A stretch of DNA of 64,000 nucleotides, from assembly GCA_041752695.1 (NCBI GenBank), contig JBGSVZ010000092.1:96001-160000 (forward strand). The letters run 5' to 3'. The translations under genes were made by a program, and so were the position numbers. The notes beneath the pieces were generated by a model. That model saw only the letters and a list, made by a program, of their open reading frames with translations. It searched no databases and was not told the origin of the DNA. The DNA is from Terrimicrobiaceae bacterium (GTDB taxonomy: Bacteria; Verrucomicrobiota; Verrucomicrobiia; Chthoniobacterales; Terrimicrobiaceae). Each line of letters begins with the position of its first letter. The first letter of the stretch is position 1. This document shows, piece by piece, positions 1 through 9,355 of this stretch.

Positions 1-839
1 TTTTTCTCCTCCTCGACCGTGCCGGTTTTGCCCGCACATTTTTCCCCGATGGCTTCCGCCTGCGCCTTGTCCCAGATCCGTTCAGCCCGGGCGTCTTCTT
101 CCGCGCCTTTTTTGAATTTCTCATCGAACCAGCGCCCGCGGTAGTTTCCGGCAGCGACACCGAAGTCGCCGAACACTTCAAAATACGTGCGTGGTTTAAA
201 CTCCCGGATCTTCGTCTCCCGCTCGGCGAGGATAGCGAGGGTGGGCGTCTGCACCCGCCCCACGGGGGTAAGCTGAAAACCTCCGCCCTTTGAATTGAAG
301 GCCGTCATGGCACGGGTGCCATTGATGCCGACGAGCCAGTCACTTTCGCTGCGACAGACGGCAGCGTCAGCTAGGGGGACCATCTCCTTGCCTTCGCGAA
401 GTTCGCTGAACGCCGTGCGGATGGCTTCCGGCGTCATGCTTTGCAACCAGAGCCGTCGGGTGGGCTTCTGACTGCCGGCCAGTTTGATCAAATAATGAAA
501 AATCAATTCGCCCTCGCGGCCGGCGTCGCAGGCGTTGATGACTTCGGTGATGTCCGCGCGCTTCAGGAGACGTTTGATCAACTTGAAGCGCGACTCGGTT
601 TTTTCTATCGGCTTGAGGTCAAACTCCGGCGGAATAATCGGCAGATTGGCGAAACTCCACTTGCCGCGTTTTTTGTCCATCTCGCCGGGCAGACACAACT
701 CGACCAGATGGCCGATGGCGGAAGTTATTACGTACTCGTCGTTTTCGAAGATGTCGTCCTTTTTGGGGACCTTCCCAAGGACACGCGCAAGGTCGGCGGC
801 GACACTGGGTTTTTCGGCGATGACGAGGGCTTTGGACAT
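1..839 (-). CDS. topB: DNA topoisomerase III (type IA), N-terminal part; runs off the window start
   Basis: Not in the ORF track. Manual translation from ATG at 839: MSKALVIAEKPSVAADLARVL...SAIGHLVEL...NACDAGREGELIF...SESDWLVGINGTRA...GRVQTPTL (TOPRIM and topoisomerase IA motifs). Confidence 0.92.
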   Translation of the reverse strand, partial: MSKALVIAEKPSVAADLARVLGKVPKKDDIFENDEYVITSAIGHLVELCLPGEMDKKRGKWSFANLPIIPPEFDLKPIEKTESRFKLIKRLLKRADITEVINACDAGREGELIFHYLIKLAGSQKPTRRLWLQSMTPEAIRTAFSELREGKEMVPLADAAVCRSESDWLVGINGTRAMTAFNSKGGGFQLTPVGRVQTPTLAILAERETKIREFKPRTYFEVFGDFGVAAGNYRGRWFDEKFKKGAEEDARAERIWDKAQAEAIGEKCAGKTGTVEEEK

Positions 840-846
840 TTTTTCT

Positions 847-1935
847 TTAATTCAGCTTCACAAAACGGCTGCCCGGCAATTGCTTCACCAGCCTGCGCAT
901 TTCAAGGGCGAGCAAAGTAGAAGACACTTGTGGGGTTGGCAACCCGCATTTGGTAATGATGTCGTCGAGGGACGTTTCGTCGTCGCCGATTGCGTTGCGG
1001 ACCGTTTCCTCCAGAGAGGTCAGATCTGCGGCGGGTTTCGGGCCCGAGAGGGTGGGCTCTTCGGAAAAGAGGAGTCCGAGGTCGTCGAGAATGTCCTGCG
1101 CGCTCATCACGAGCTTCGCTCCTTGTTGGATGAGACGGTTGGACCCAATGGACTTCGGGTTGTCGATGCGTCCTGGCACCGCGTAAATCGAGCGCCCCTG
1201 TTCTCCCGCCTGCGTTGCACTGATCAGGGAACCGCTGGTCGTACCGGCTTCAATAACCACCAGCCCCGAAGAAAGCCCGCTGATGATCCGGTTGCGCATG
1301 GGAAAGGTCTGACGGTCGGCCTTCGTCTGCATCGGGAATTCGGTGATCACGGCACCGCCCCCATCGGCAATCTTGTCGGCCAGTTCGGCATTTTCCGGGG
1401 GATACAAATATTCCAGCCCGCTGCCGAGGACGGCGATGGTTTTGCCCTTGGCGGCCAGCGCAGCCTGGTGCGCCGCGGTGTCGATGCCACGCGCCAGTCC
1501 GCTGGCCACGGTGAGGCCGGCGTAGGCGAGTTGGTAGGACAGTTTTTTCGCGCACTCCGCCGCGTAGTGAGAGGGTTTGCGCGTGCCGACGATTCCTATG
1601 ATCGGCGCGACGGGTAACTCGCCGCGCACGTAGAGAACGATTGGCGGGTCATGGATTTCCGACAGCATTTGCGGATACTCCGGGTCGGCCATGGTCACGA
1701 TGGTCGCTCCGGCGCTGGCCGCACGGGCGATCTCCGCGGCGGGATCGGAGTGTTTGTCCCAGTTAATGATCGAGTCGGCGACCTCGCCTCCGATGCCGGA
1801 AACCTGGCGCAGTTCCGCCGGTTTGGCGGTGAGGACAGCGGCGGGAGTGCCGAAAAGACGAAGCAGTTTCCGCACGCGGACGGGGCCGATGCGCGGCAGC
1901 ATGTTCAGCGCGATAAAGGCCTCCGTGTCGGTCAT
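847..1935 (-). CDS. dprA: DNA-processing protein DprA
   Basis: IVGTRKPS, SGLARGIDTAAH, FPMRNRIISGLS and YAVPGRID motifs; C-terminal winged helix. Confidence 0.96.
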   Translation of the reverse strand: MTDTEAFIALNMLPRIGPVRVRKLLRLFGTPAAVLTAKPAELRQVSGIGGEVADSIINWDKHSDPAAEIARAASAGATIVTMADPEYPQMLSEIHDPPIVLYVRGELPVAPIIGIVGTRKPSHYAAECAKKLSYQLAYAGLTVASGLARGIDTAAHQAALAAKGKTIAVLGSGLEYLYPPENAELADKIADGGGAVITEFPMQTKADRQTFPMRNRIISGLSSGLVVIEAGTTSGSLISATQAGEQGRSIYAVPGRIDNPKSIGSNRLIQQGAKLVMSAQDILDDLGLLFSEEPTLSGPKPAADLTSLEETVRNAIGDDETSLDDIITKCGLPTPQVSSTLLALEMRRLVKQLPGSRFVKLN

Positions 1936-1984
1936 GCGTGTGCTTTAACCACTTTCGGCGGGCGTGCAATGAAATGGTATCGAG

Positions 1985-2665
1985 TCACCGGCGTAAAAAA
2001 CGGATCCACAGAATATCCAAGCCAAAGAGGAAGAGAAAAATTCCACCAATCACCCAGACTATCGTCATGACATTATCCGGATGTCGCTTGAGACTCGCTT
2101 CAACCATTTTAACGCCTTCTTCAGCTTTGACGGCCGATTCACGGAGGGAGGTGCTTTCGCGTTGGTCGTTTTCGTCGGGCGTGTAGAACGCGAGATTTCC
2201 CGCCTTATCCTTGTACGCCACGGTCAAACCGTACACGCGAAAGGCGGCGCGTGCCATTCTTCGTCGTTCTTCTTCTGTCTCTCCGGAGAGGGCTCGTTCC
2301 GAAATTGAGTGGATGTAAAAATTTTCATGGCGGTAGGGGGTATAAATGAATTTGGTTAGTCCTTGGGCGGCCGTAATTTGATAGCGGATGAGCAAACCCA
2401 TCGTGACGAATAACGATCCGAGAAGGACGAAATTCAAAGCATGATACCCGTTCTCTTTCAGTGATGCGCGGAGGGAAAAATAGGCAGTTCCAACCAAGCA
2501 AACTGCAGAGGCAATTACCAAACATCCCGCAACGAAGTCCGTGCGCAGGATATCAGGCACGAGATGTTTTGAGCTCCACAAAATGGCGCCAAGCAATATG
2601 GCGGCCAAGGCGAAGTAGGCTTGAGGTCTCCACATGAATGCTGGGGTAGCGGGTTTGTCGGGCAA
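1985..2665 (-). CDS. Hypothetical membrane protein (about 4 TM helices)
   Basis: 226-aa ORF with three N-terminal hydrophobic segments and one C-terminal one. It fills the dprA-vapB gap and looks more AT-rich than its neighbours. TTG start uncertain. Confidence 0.65.
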   Translation of the reverse strand: MPDKPATPAFMWRPQAYFALAAILLGAILWSSKHLVPDILRTDFVAGCLVIASAVCLVGTAYFSLRASLKENGYHALNFVLLGSLFVTMGLLIRYQITAAQGLTKFIYTPYRHENFYIHSISERALSGETEEERRRMARAAFRVYGLTVAYKDKAGNLAFYTPDENDQRESTSLRESAVKAEEGVKMVEASLKRHPDNVMTIVWVIGGIFLFLFGLDILWIRFLRR

Positions 2666-2781
2666 GACAAGGACTCATTCAGCGACACGTGACCTCGGGC
2701 CGAACCATCAGACGATTGCGTGAAACCCTGAATTTGAGATCTCATGACGCAAGGCAGCCATAGCACCTTTCCGAAGAAGGT

Positions 2782-2809
2782 TTGACAGAAAAGAAAGATC
2801 TGACATACT
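2782..2809 (+). promoter_or_regulatory. Sigma70-type promoter of the toxin-antitoxin operon, probably leaderless
   Basis: TTGACA (2782-2787), 16-nt spacer, CATACT (2804-2809), then 6 nt to ATG 2816. An inverted CAGA..TCTG overlapping it could be an autoregulatory operator. Confidence 0.6.
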
Positions 2810-2815
2810 TCTTTC

Positions 2816-3088
2816 ATGCAGACAACGCTGCGAATAAACGATCAGCTTTACCGCAGAGCAAAGTCAGAGGCTGCGCGCGAGGGAGTTACGCTCACGCGCT
2901 TTCTGGAGGAAGGCATCCGGCTCCGCTTGGAGCAGCGGTCCGCTCGAAGCGTGGTGCAACCAGTCTTCCGTATCTTTAAAGGCAAGGTGGATTCGTCCGT
3001 GTCTTGGGAGCACATCGATCGTGTGGCTGATGAGGAACTGGAGACCCATGATCGCGCCAAGCTCGGGCTGAGTCCTGCCACGTCGTAA
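2816..3088 (+). CDS. VapB-like antitoxin (ribbon-helix-helix type)
   Basis: MQTTLRINDQLYRRAKSEAAREGVTLTRFLEEGIR is RHH-like; the stop overlaps the start of the PIN gene (TAATG). Confidence 0.85.
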   Translation: MQTTLRINDQLYRRAKSEAAREGVTLTRFLEEGIRLRLEQRSARSVVQPVFRIFKGKVDSSVSWEHIDRVADEELETHDRAKLGLSPATS

Positions 3089-3531
3089 TGTCTCTGTTTT
3101 TGCCCGATGCGAATGTCTTGATTCATGCCCTGCGTCGGGGTTCCCCGCACCATGAAACCTGCCGCAAGTGGTTGGTGCAGGCTGCCGCTAATGGCGATGA
3201 GATTGGCCTGACAGAATTGGTCGAGACCGCGCTTCTCCGGATCTGCACGTTACCCCGGCTACAATTGGTGCCGATGCGGGAAACGTTGGGTTTCTGGCGG
3301 GAGGATTTGTGGGGTTATCAAGGCACTCGGCGTCTCAACGCCGGATCGCGGCACGCGGACATCCTGTTCCGGATTCTGATCGATTTGAAACTGGTGGGAA
3401 ACGACGTGAACGACGCCTGGCTGGCTGCACTGGCGATGGAGCATCAGGCGACGCTGGTGAGCACGGACGTGGGTTTTGCGCGGTTCTCCGGTGTTCGCTG
3501 GCTGAATCCCCAGGCTTACGATGAACCCTGA
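3088..3531 (+). CDS. vapC: VapC-family PIN-domain ribonuclease toxin
   Basis: LPDANVLIHA, DAWLAALAMEH and LVSTDVGFARF PIN motifs. Confidence 0.92.
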   Translation: MSLFLPDANVLIHALRRGSPHHETCRKWLVQAAANGDEIGLTELVETALLRICTLPRLQLVPMRETLGFWREDLWGYQGTRRLNAGSRHADILFRILIDLKLVGNDVNDAWLAALAMEHQATLVSTDVGFARFSGVRWLNPQAYDEP

Positions 3532-3534
3532 CCT

Positions 3535-4572
3535 TCACTGCGATCTGGCCTTCAGTTCATGCCGTACTGCATCCTGCGGCAGCTCCAGCCAGTCGAGCGA
3601 AGTTGTGGTGATCAGCTTCTGCGCATCCGGCGGAAGGGCTGCCAGCAGGTTATTGCGGCGCAGGGGGTCGAGTTCGCCAAAGACATCGTCGATGAGATAG
3701 AGCGGCGGTCTGCTGGAGGCGGTTTCCAAGGCCCGGGCCTGGGCGAGTTTCAGCGCCAGGGCCACGGAACGCTGCTGGCCTTCGGAGGCGAAGGTGGCGG
3801 CTTTGCGGCCTTCCAGGGTGATCTCCACATCGTCGCGGTGGGGGCCGACCACCGTGGCGCGGAGACGGATTTCCTCGTCGCGGCTGGCTTCGAGGGCCGC
3901 AGCGAAATCCGGTCCACTTCCGGGACGGTAGGTGATCTCCAGGGTTTCGTGGCCGCCGGAGATCTGCCGACAGGCAGCGGTGACTGCGGGGCGCAGGGCC
4001 TGGCAAAGTTCTGCGCGGGCGGCCAGCAGAACCGCGCCGGCCTCGAGGAGGGAGGGATCAAAGGAGGCGATTTCGCGACGCGGACGGTTGTCCTTGAGCA
4101 GGGCATTGCGAGAACGCAGGGCGCGTTCGTAGGAGCGAAGCTTAGGCAGGTAGTCGTCGACGATCTGCGCGCCGAGGAAATCCAGGTACCGCCGGCGCTG
4201 CGTGCCGGAGCCGCGCACGAGTTGCAGGTCGTCGTTGGAAATCCACGCCACCCGGGCGACGGCGAGGTAGTCGGACGAGCGCGATTGCGGTTTCGAATCG
4301 AGCGCGAACGCCTTGAGCGCGCCGGCGAACTTCACGTGCATGTGGCGCTCGTTCCAGTGTCCGTCCAGCCCGAAGCCTGGGTGGTCGAACCGCACTGCGT
4401 CGGCCAGGGTTGTGGTGCGCGGCGATTGCAGGCGCAGTAAAATGCAGGCGGCCTCGAGCAGCGAGGTTTTGCCCCGGGCGTTGGGACCGATGATGAAATT
4501 CAGCCCGGGCGAGGGACGAAATTCCATCTGATCGAAACAGCGGAAGTCCCGCAGCCAAAGGTCGCGCAGCAT
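3535..4572 (-). CDS. recF: DNA replication and repair protein RecF
   Basis: GPNARGKTSLLEA (Walker A), VGPHRDD, SEGQQRS and LIDDVFGELD. Confidence 0.93.
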   Translation of the reverse strand: MLRDLWLRDFRCFDQMEFRPSPGLNFIIGPNARGKTSLLEAACILLRLQSPRTTTLADAVRFDHPGFGLDGHWNERHMHVKFAGALKAFALDSKPQSRSSDYLAVARVAWISNDDLQLVRGSGTQRRRYLDFLGAQIVDDYLPKLRSYERALRSRNALLKDNRPRREIASFDPSLLEAGAVLLAARAELCQALRPAVTAACRQISGGHETLEITYRPGSGPDFAAALEASRDEEIRLRATVVGPHRDDVEITLEGRKAATFASEGQQRSVALALKLAQARALETASSRPPLYLIDDVFGELDPLRRNNLLAALPPDAQKLITTTSLDWLELPQDAVRHELKARSQ

Positions 4573-4654
4573 GCGTTAGAAAGGGAGAGAGGTGGCGCGG
4601 AACACTCCCGCCGTGGTATCATCGCCCCTCCACCCGATACAATATCCATTCCTC

Positions 4655-5905
4655 ATGCCCGCTCCTTCGTTAACCCGCATGCGCTCGCTCGCCACCGGGC
4701 TGCTCGTCGCAATGGTGGTGGTTTTTGCCTTGGCGAAAACTTTCGAGCCGACCTACCCGCTGCTTGGCTGGGTGAGGGCCTTCGCCGAGGCCGCGATGGT
4801 GGGTGCGCTGGCGGACTGGTTTGCGGTGGTCGCGCTTTTCCGGCAGCCGCTCGGCCTCCCGATTCCGCATACGGCCGTGATCCCCCGGCGCAAAAACCAG
4901 ATCGCTGCCAACCTCGCCTCCTTCGTGCAGGACAATTTTCTCAGCGCGGAAAAGATCACCGAAAAACTTCGCAACGCCGACACCGCCCGTCGGCTGGCCG
5001 AATGGTTGGCCAATGAAACCAACGCCGACCTCCTCGCCCGCAAATTCACCGCCGGCCTTCCGCGCCTCCTCGATGCCCTCGACGAAGACGGAATGCGGCG
5101 GTTTCTGCGCGACCAGGCGGTGACCCAGATCCGTCGCGTCCCGCTCGCCCCGCTGGCGGGAAAATTTCTCGGCGTGCTTTCGGAAAATGGACGCGACCAG
5201 GAACTGCTCGACCAGGCCTTGCGCATCACCCGACAGGCCGTGGGCGAAAACACTGCCCTCATCAAAACCAAGATCGCCGAAGAGCTGGCCATCATTCCCG
5301 ACTTCCCGGGCGTGGCGGAACTCAAGGGAGCCCTCTGCCGCAGCCTGTCGGAGAAGATCGTCGAGAAAGTCCAGGGCACCCTCGACGATATCCTCGCCGA
5401 CCCGCGGCATGTGGTCCGCGCGCAATTCGACGAACGCCTCGCGCTGTTTGTCGAGGATCTGAAAAAATCCCCCGACATGGCCGCGCGCGCCGAACAGCTC
5501 AAGGAGAGTTTCCTCGCCAACACCACCCTCATTTCCTCCCTCGACGCCCTGTGGTCCGCCCTGAAAAACGAACTCCTCGCCGACCTCGCCAACGAAAATT
5601 CCCGCATCCATCACCAACTCGCCACCACACTCCGCCAGATCGGCACCACCGTCGGATCCGATGAGGCCTTTCGCGCCAAACTTGAAAACTGGATCGACCA
5701 GACCGTGCAAAAAATCCTCGCCACCCACGGTCACGAAATCGGCAACATGATCCGCGAGACCGTCGAAAGCTGGGACGGCAAGGAAGTGGCGGAAAAGCTG
5801 GAAGCCCAGGTCGGCGGCGACCTCCAGTTCATCCGCATCAATGGCACGCTGGTGGGCGGGCTGGTCGGCGTGGTGATCCACGCGGTAAGCAGGGTCGTTT
5901 GGTGA
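4655..5905 (+). CDS. DUF445 family membrane protein
   Basis: AEAAMVGALADWFAVVALFR..PLGLPIPHTAVIP and DLQFIRINGTLVGGLVG; ATG 4655 chosen as start. Confidence 0.92.
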   Translation: MPAPSLTRMRSLATGLLVAMVVVFALAKTFEPTYPLLGWVRAFAEAAMVGALADWFAVVALFRQPLGLPIPHTAVIPRRKNQIAANLASFVQDNFLSAEKITEKLRNADTARRLAEWLANETNADLLARKFTAGLPRLLDALDEDGMRRFLRDQAVTQIRRVPLAPLAGKFLGVLSENGRDQELLDQALRITRQAVGENTALIKTKIAEELAIIPDFPGVAELKGALCRSLSEKIVEKVQGTLDDILADPRHVVRAQFDERLALFVEDLKKSPDMAARAEQLKESFLANTTLISSLDALWSALKNELLADLANENSRIHHQLATTLRQIGTTVGSDEAFRAKLENWIDQTVQKILATHGHEIGNMIRETVESWDGKEVAEKLEAQVGGDLQFIRINGTLVGGLVGVVIHAVSRVVW

Positions 5906-5914
5906 ACGTCCGGG

Positions 5915-5970
5915 GTCGGAGTTCAGGCTTGCGCCTGGTTTTCTGGGCAGGCCGAAGGCTGGACTCCAAC
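5915..5970. repeat. REP-like inverted doublet between convergent genes
   Basis: GTCGGAGTTCAG (5915-5926) pairs imperfectly with CTGGACTCCAAC (5959-5970); internal CAGGC/GCCTG palindrome. Confidence 0.55.
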
Positions 5971-5990
5971 GGCGGCGGGAGATGCCCGGG

Positions 5991-6365
5991 CTAGTCCGAC
6001 TCCCGCTCCATCAATAACCGATCCGCGAGGTCTTTGGCGGACACTTCTAAACCTTCAAAATCCGCATCCCAGTTTGGGCCGGCCAGCACGTCGTCGGCGT
6101 CCATGCCTTGCAGCCAGGCGTCGATAAAATCGTCAAACTCGATTTCGGTGGGAACATGGCCGGACCATTCTTCCGTGCAGTGGACGGCGGCCGCGTCGCG
6201 GTCGGACCAGAAGAGGATCACGTCCGTATCTTCAAATTCATCGGAGGGGCTGTTCGCCCAGCCTTCGGATTCCGAATACAGGCCCCAGATGATCCGGGTG
6301 TCCGCCACACGCTGAATAAACCGATCGTAGCTTCTTTCCGAGGAGGGATCGTGGTCTTGGGTCAT
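5991..6365 (-). CDS. DUF2750-like protein
   Basis: Acidic 124-aa protein: YDRFIQRV..IWGL..GWA..FWSD..FIDAWLQGM..GPNW. Confidence 0.8.
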   Translation of the reverse strand: MTQDHDPSSERSYDRFIQRVADTRIIWGLYSESEGWANSPSDEFEDTDVILFWSDRDAAAVHCTEEWSGHVPTEIEFDDFIDAWLQGMDADDVLAGPNWDADFEGLEVSAKDLADRLLMERESD

Positions 6366-6478
6366 GCGGCTTTTTTACAGGAGGGCCGGCGTGGCGTCGA
6401 GGGAGGAGGTGGTTTTCTCGTCGGGCATCGAGCCGTTCCTGGGTGACATTCGGTCGTTTTGAGATATCGGTTGCGGGC

Positions 6479-6889
6479 ATGAAGCTCCTGGTGATTCTCT
6501 CGGCCGTGCTCGTATGTGGCTTGGTGTCTGGCTGCAACCTAAAGGAAAAGTACGCGATCAATAACCAGAAGGCCGATCAGTGGCTGGCCGCGCAGCAGGG
6601 AGGCGGGGGAATTAATATCGGAGGATCGTGGGAGTCGCGGGAGTTCGGGTGGGGGGCGATCCGTTTTGAACAGGAAGGCTCAAAAATCAGCGGCGCGATG
6701 GGAAACTACACCACACGGGGCTCCGCCAGCGGTTCGCGGGTATATCTCGCGCTCAGCTCCAACGGGTATGTGCATTACACCGCGGTCCTGAAGAAGAGTG
6801 GCAACACGCTGGCGGGTTTTTATTCGCCTTCGGTGCCTTTCAGCCAGGCCGACCAGTCTGCGGTGAACCTTTATCGGGTCGGGAATTAG
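6479..6889 (+). CDS. Hypothetical lipoprotein
   Basis: MKLLVILSAVLVCGLVSGC lipobox followed by a beta-rich domain. Confidence 0.75.
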   Translation: MKLLVILSAVLVCGLVSGCNLKEKYAINNQKADQWLAAQQGGGGINIGGSWESREFGWGAIRFEQEGSKISGAMGNYTTRGSASGSRVYLALSSNGYVHYTAVLKKSGNTLAGFYSPSVPFSQADQSAVNLYRVGN

Positions 6890-6911
6890 GCAAGCGCGCA
6901 TCGCGGGTGGC

Positions 6912-8213
6912 ATGACTGCGCAATTCCGCAAGGTGGGACTGGCGACATGTGTGGCCCTGGTGATGGCCAACATGATCGGGACCGGCGTGTTTGCGAGTCT
7001 CGGGTTTCAAGTGGCGGTGCTGCCGTCGCCGTTTCTGATTGTCGTGTTGTGGGTGCTGGGCGGGGTGGTCGCATTGTGCGGGGCGCTGAGTTACGCGGAA
7101 CTGGCGGCGGCGCTGCCGCGGTCGGGCGGGGAGTATAATTTTCTGGCGAGGGTCTATCATCCGGCTGTGGGGTTTATGGGGGGATTTGTGTCGGTGCTGG
7201 TGGGTTTTGCCGCGCCCATTGCCCTCACTGCGATGTTGTTTGGCGGGTATGTCGCGGCGGCTCTGCCGGGGATTTCGGCAACCGTGGCTTCGTTCACCGT
7301 GGCGTTGGGGCTGGCTCTGATGCATGGCCTGACGGTGGGGGCGAGCGGGCGATTTCAGGTGGGAGTGACGAGTCTGAAGGTGGGGCTGATTCTGGCCTTT
7401 CTGGTGCTGGGAGTGTGGAAGGGACGGTGGCCGGCGGAAGGGTTCGGTCCGCGCCCGGGGGATTGGTCCGCGCTGGTGAGCGCGCCCTTTGCGCTCTCGC
7501 TCATGTATGTGCTGTATTCCTACACGGGATGGAATTCGGCGGCCTATATCATGGGGGAAGTGCGAAGGCCGGAATGGACCGTGCCGCGTGCCCTGCTGAT
7601 TGCGACGGGCGTGGTCACCGTTCTTTATGTGGGCCTGAACACAGTGTTTCTCGCGAGTGGGCCGATGGAGGATTTTGCGGGCAAACGCGAGGTGGGGGAA
7701 ATTGCGGCGCGGCATTTGCTGGGTGACAACGGCGGACGGGTGATGGCGGGATTGATCGGGATCGGTCTGATGTCGGCGATCAGCGCGATGACGTGGGCAG
7801 GGCCCCGGGTGGCACAGGCCATTGGGCAGGATTTTTCGGCGCTGGCCTTTCTGGCGAAAACGGGCGCGGGCGGAGTCCCCCGGCGGGCGTTGCTTCTTCA
7901 GACGGTTATTGTGGTGTTGTTGCTGATCACGGGAACGTTTGAGACCGTTTTGGTCTATGCGTTTTTTGCCATTTTGACCTGCAGTTTTCTCACGGTGCTT
8001 GGGGTGATTGTGCTGCGGGTGCGGCAGCCGGAGTTGCCCAGGCCCTTCCGGTGCTGGGGGTATCCTGTGACTCCGGTGACCTTTCTGGCATTGAACGCGT
8101 TCACTCTGGTGCACACCGCCTGGGAACAACCGTGGCAGGCGGCGGCAGGGGTAGTCACGCTGGCGGGGGGAATCGGGCTGTATTTTTTGGCGAAATTTCG
8201 CACAGTCAACTGA
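6912..8213 (+). CDS. APC-family amino acid permease
   Basis: ANMIGTGVF, GALSYAELAAALPRSGGEY, YSYTGWN and RPFRCWGYP; about 12 TM helices. Confidence 0.93.
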   Translation: MTAQFRKVGLATCVALVMANMIGTGVFASLGFQVAVLPSPFLIVVLWVLGGVVALCGALSYAELAAALPRSGGEYNFLARVYHPAVGFMGGFVSVLVGFAAPIALTAMLFGGYVAAALPGISATVASFTVALGLALMHGLTVGASGRFQVGVTSLKVGLILAFLVLGVWKGRWPAEGFGPRPGDWSALVSAPFALSLMYVLYSYTGWNSAAYIMGEVRRPEWTVPRALLIATGVVTVLYVGLNTVFLASGPMEDFAGKREVGEIAARHLLGDNGGRVMAGLIGIGLMSAISAMTWAGPRVAQAIGQDFSALAFLAKTGAGGVPRRALLLQTVIVVLLLITGTFETVLVYAFFAILTCSFLTVLGVIVLRVRQPELPRPFRCWGYPVTPVTFLALNAFTLVHTAWEQPWQAAAGVVTLAGGIGLYFLAKFRTVN

Positions 8214-9352
8214 TGATCCGCGTGCTCTGTTTGCTGCTGATGGGATGCGCTCTCGCCGGGGCGCAGGAGGTGCGTCGAGCGTTGCCGGTGACCCCGGAGG
8301 TTCGGCCCGATGAACTCGCAAAATTTCTGGCCGGGATTCCGCTGTCGGAGAGCGCAGCGCTCGCCTCTTTGCAAAAAAGTGCAGACTATGCCGCGCACGT
8401 GAAGGAGTTGGCCAAGCTGACCCGACACTACGACAAGCAATATTTTTCCAAAATGCGGGCCTGGAGCGCGGCGGAGCTTGCCCCGCGCATCGCGATGGAT
8501 CGGCCGGTGATCTATTTTTTTGGCGGACCGGATGCGGTGAGTCCACTGGCGTTGTTTCCAGAGGCACCGGTGTATCTTCTGGGCGGGTTGGAAAGTGTGG
8601 GGGACATCGCCGCGCCGCAGACTCTCACTCCCGAGGCCCTGGCGGAGGGCCTGAAGAATATTCGCGAGTCGGCGGATGTCATTTTGGCCTACGGGCATTT
8701 TATCACGAAGGACATGAAGACGGACCTCGACCGCACGGCATTTCGTGGAGTGCTTCCACTGATCTACACCTTCATTGCTCTGACGGGAGGCGAGGTGGTC
8801 GGATCGGAGTTTGTCGGCGTCAACCGGGACGGTTCCCTCCTGGCGGCCGGGAGTGAATCGAAAGGCGGGCTGCCTGGCGTTAAAGTGACCTTCCGCCGGG
8901 CGCCCGGAGCAGGAGAGCAGGTGATGTATTATGTGCAGGCCAATGTGGCGGACGATGCGCTAAAGACTAATGACGCCGTTCTGAAATGGGCCGGAGGTTT
9001 CGGTCAGGGCAATGTGTATTTGAAAGCGGCGTCGTATCTCATGCATGAGACCTATTTCTCGCGCATCCGGAATTTCCTTTTGGCTCAGGGGGCGGCGGTC
9101 TTGCAGGATGACTCGGGGATTCCGTTCCGGTTTTTCCAGGATGGAAGCTGGCGGTGTTGGTTGTTCGGGCGGTATGCGGGGACGTTGGAGATCTTCGCGA
9201 AATACCATCAGGCGGATCTGGTTGGGGTGTTTTCTTCGTCTGGGGGAGCCGTGGAGTTGCCCTTTGGCACCGGTTACAAATGGCGGATGGGAGAATCGAA
9301 TCTTTTGCTGGCCGTCCGCCAGCAAGTCCCTCGCGCTTTGCCGGCGCGGTGA
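8213..9352 (+). CDS. Uncharacterised exported protein
   Basis: ATG overlaps the permease stop (TGATG); signal peptide MIRVLCLLLMGCALAGA; motif-like segments YFFGGPD, KAASYLMH, QDDSGIP and LPFGTGY. Confidence 0.8.
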   Translation: MIRVLCLLLMGCALAGAQEVRRALPVTPEVRPDELAKFLAGIPLSESAALASLQKSADYAAHVKELAKLTRHYDKQYFSKMRAWSAAELAPRIAMDRPVIYFFGGPDAVSPLALFPEAPVYLLGGLESVGDIAAPQTLTPEALAEGLKNIRESADVILAYGHFITKDMKTDLDRTAFRGVLPLIYTFIALTGGEVVGSEFVGVNRDGSLLAAGSESKGGLPGVKVTFRRAPGAGEQVMYYVQANVADDALKTNDAVLKWAGGFGQGNVYLKAASYLMHETYFSRIRNFLLAQGAAVLQDDSGIPFRFFQDGSWRCWLFGRYAGTLEIFAKYHQADLVGVFSSSGGAVELPFGTGYKWRMGESNLLLAVRQQVPRALPAR

Positions 9353-9355
9353 TGG

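Noticed and set aside
6840..8567. 575-aa antisense ORF, and similar long shadow ORFs (12682-14121, 21185-22870, 23555-25309, 33416-35026, 50148-51545)
   Set aside because: They lie opposite well-supported genes and have no recognisable motifs; such ORFs are expected from high-GC codon bias.
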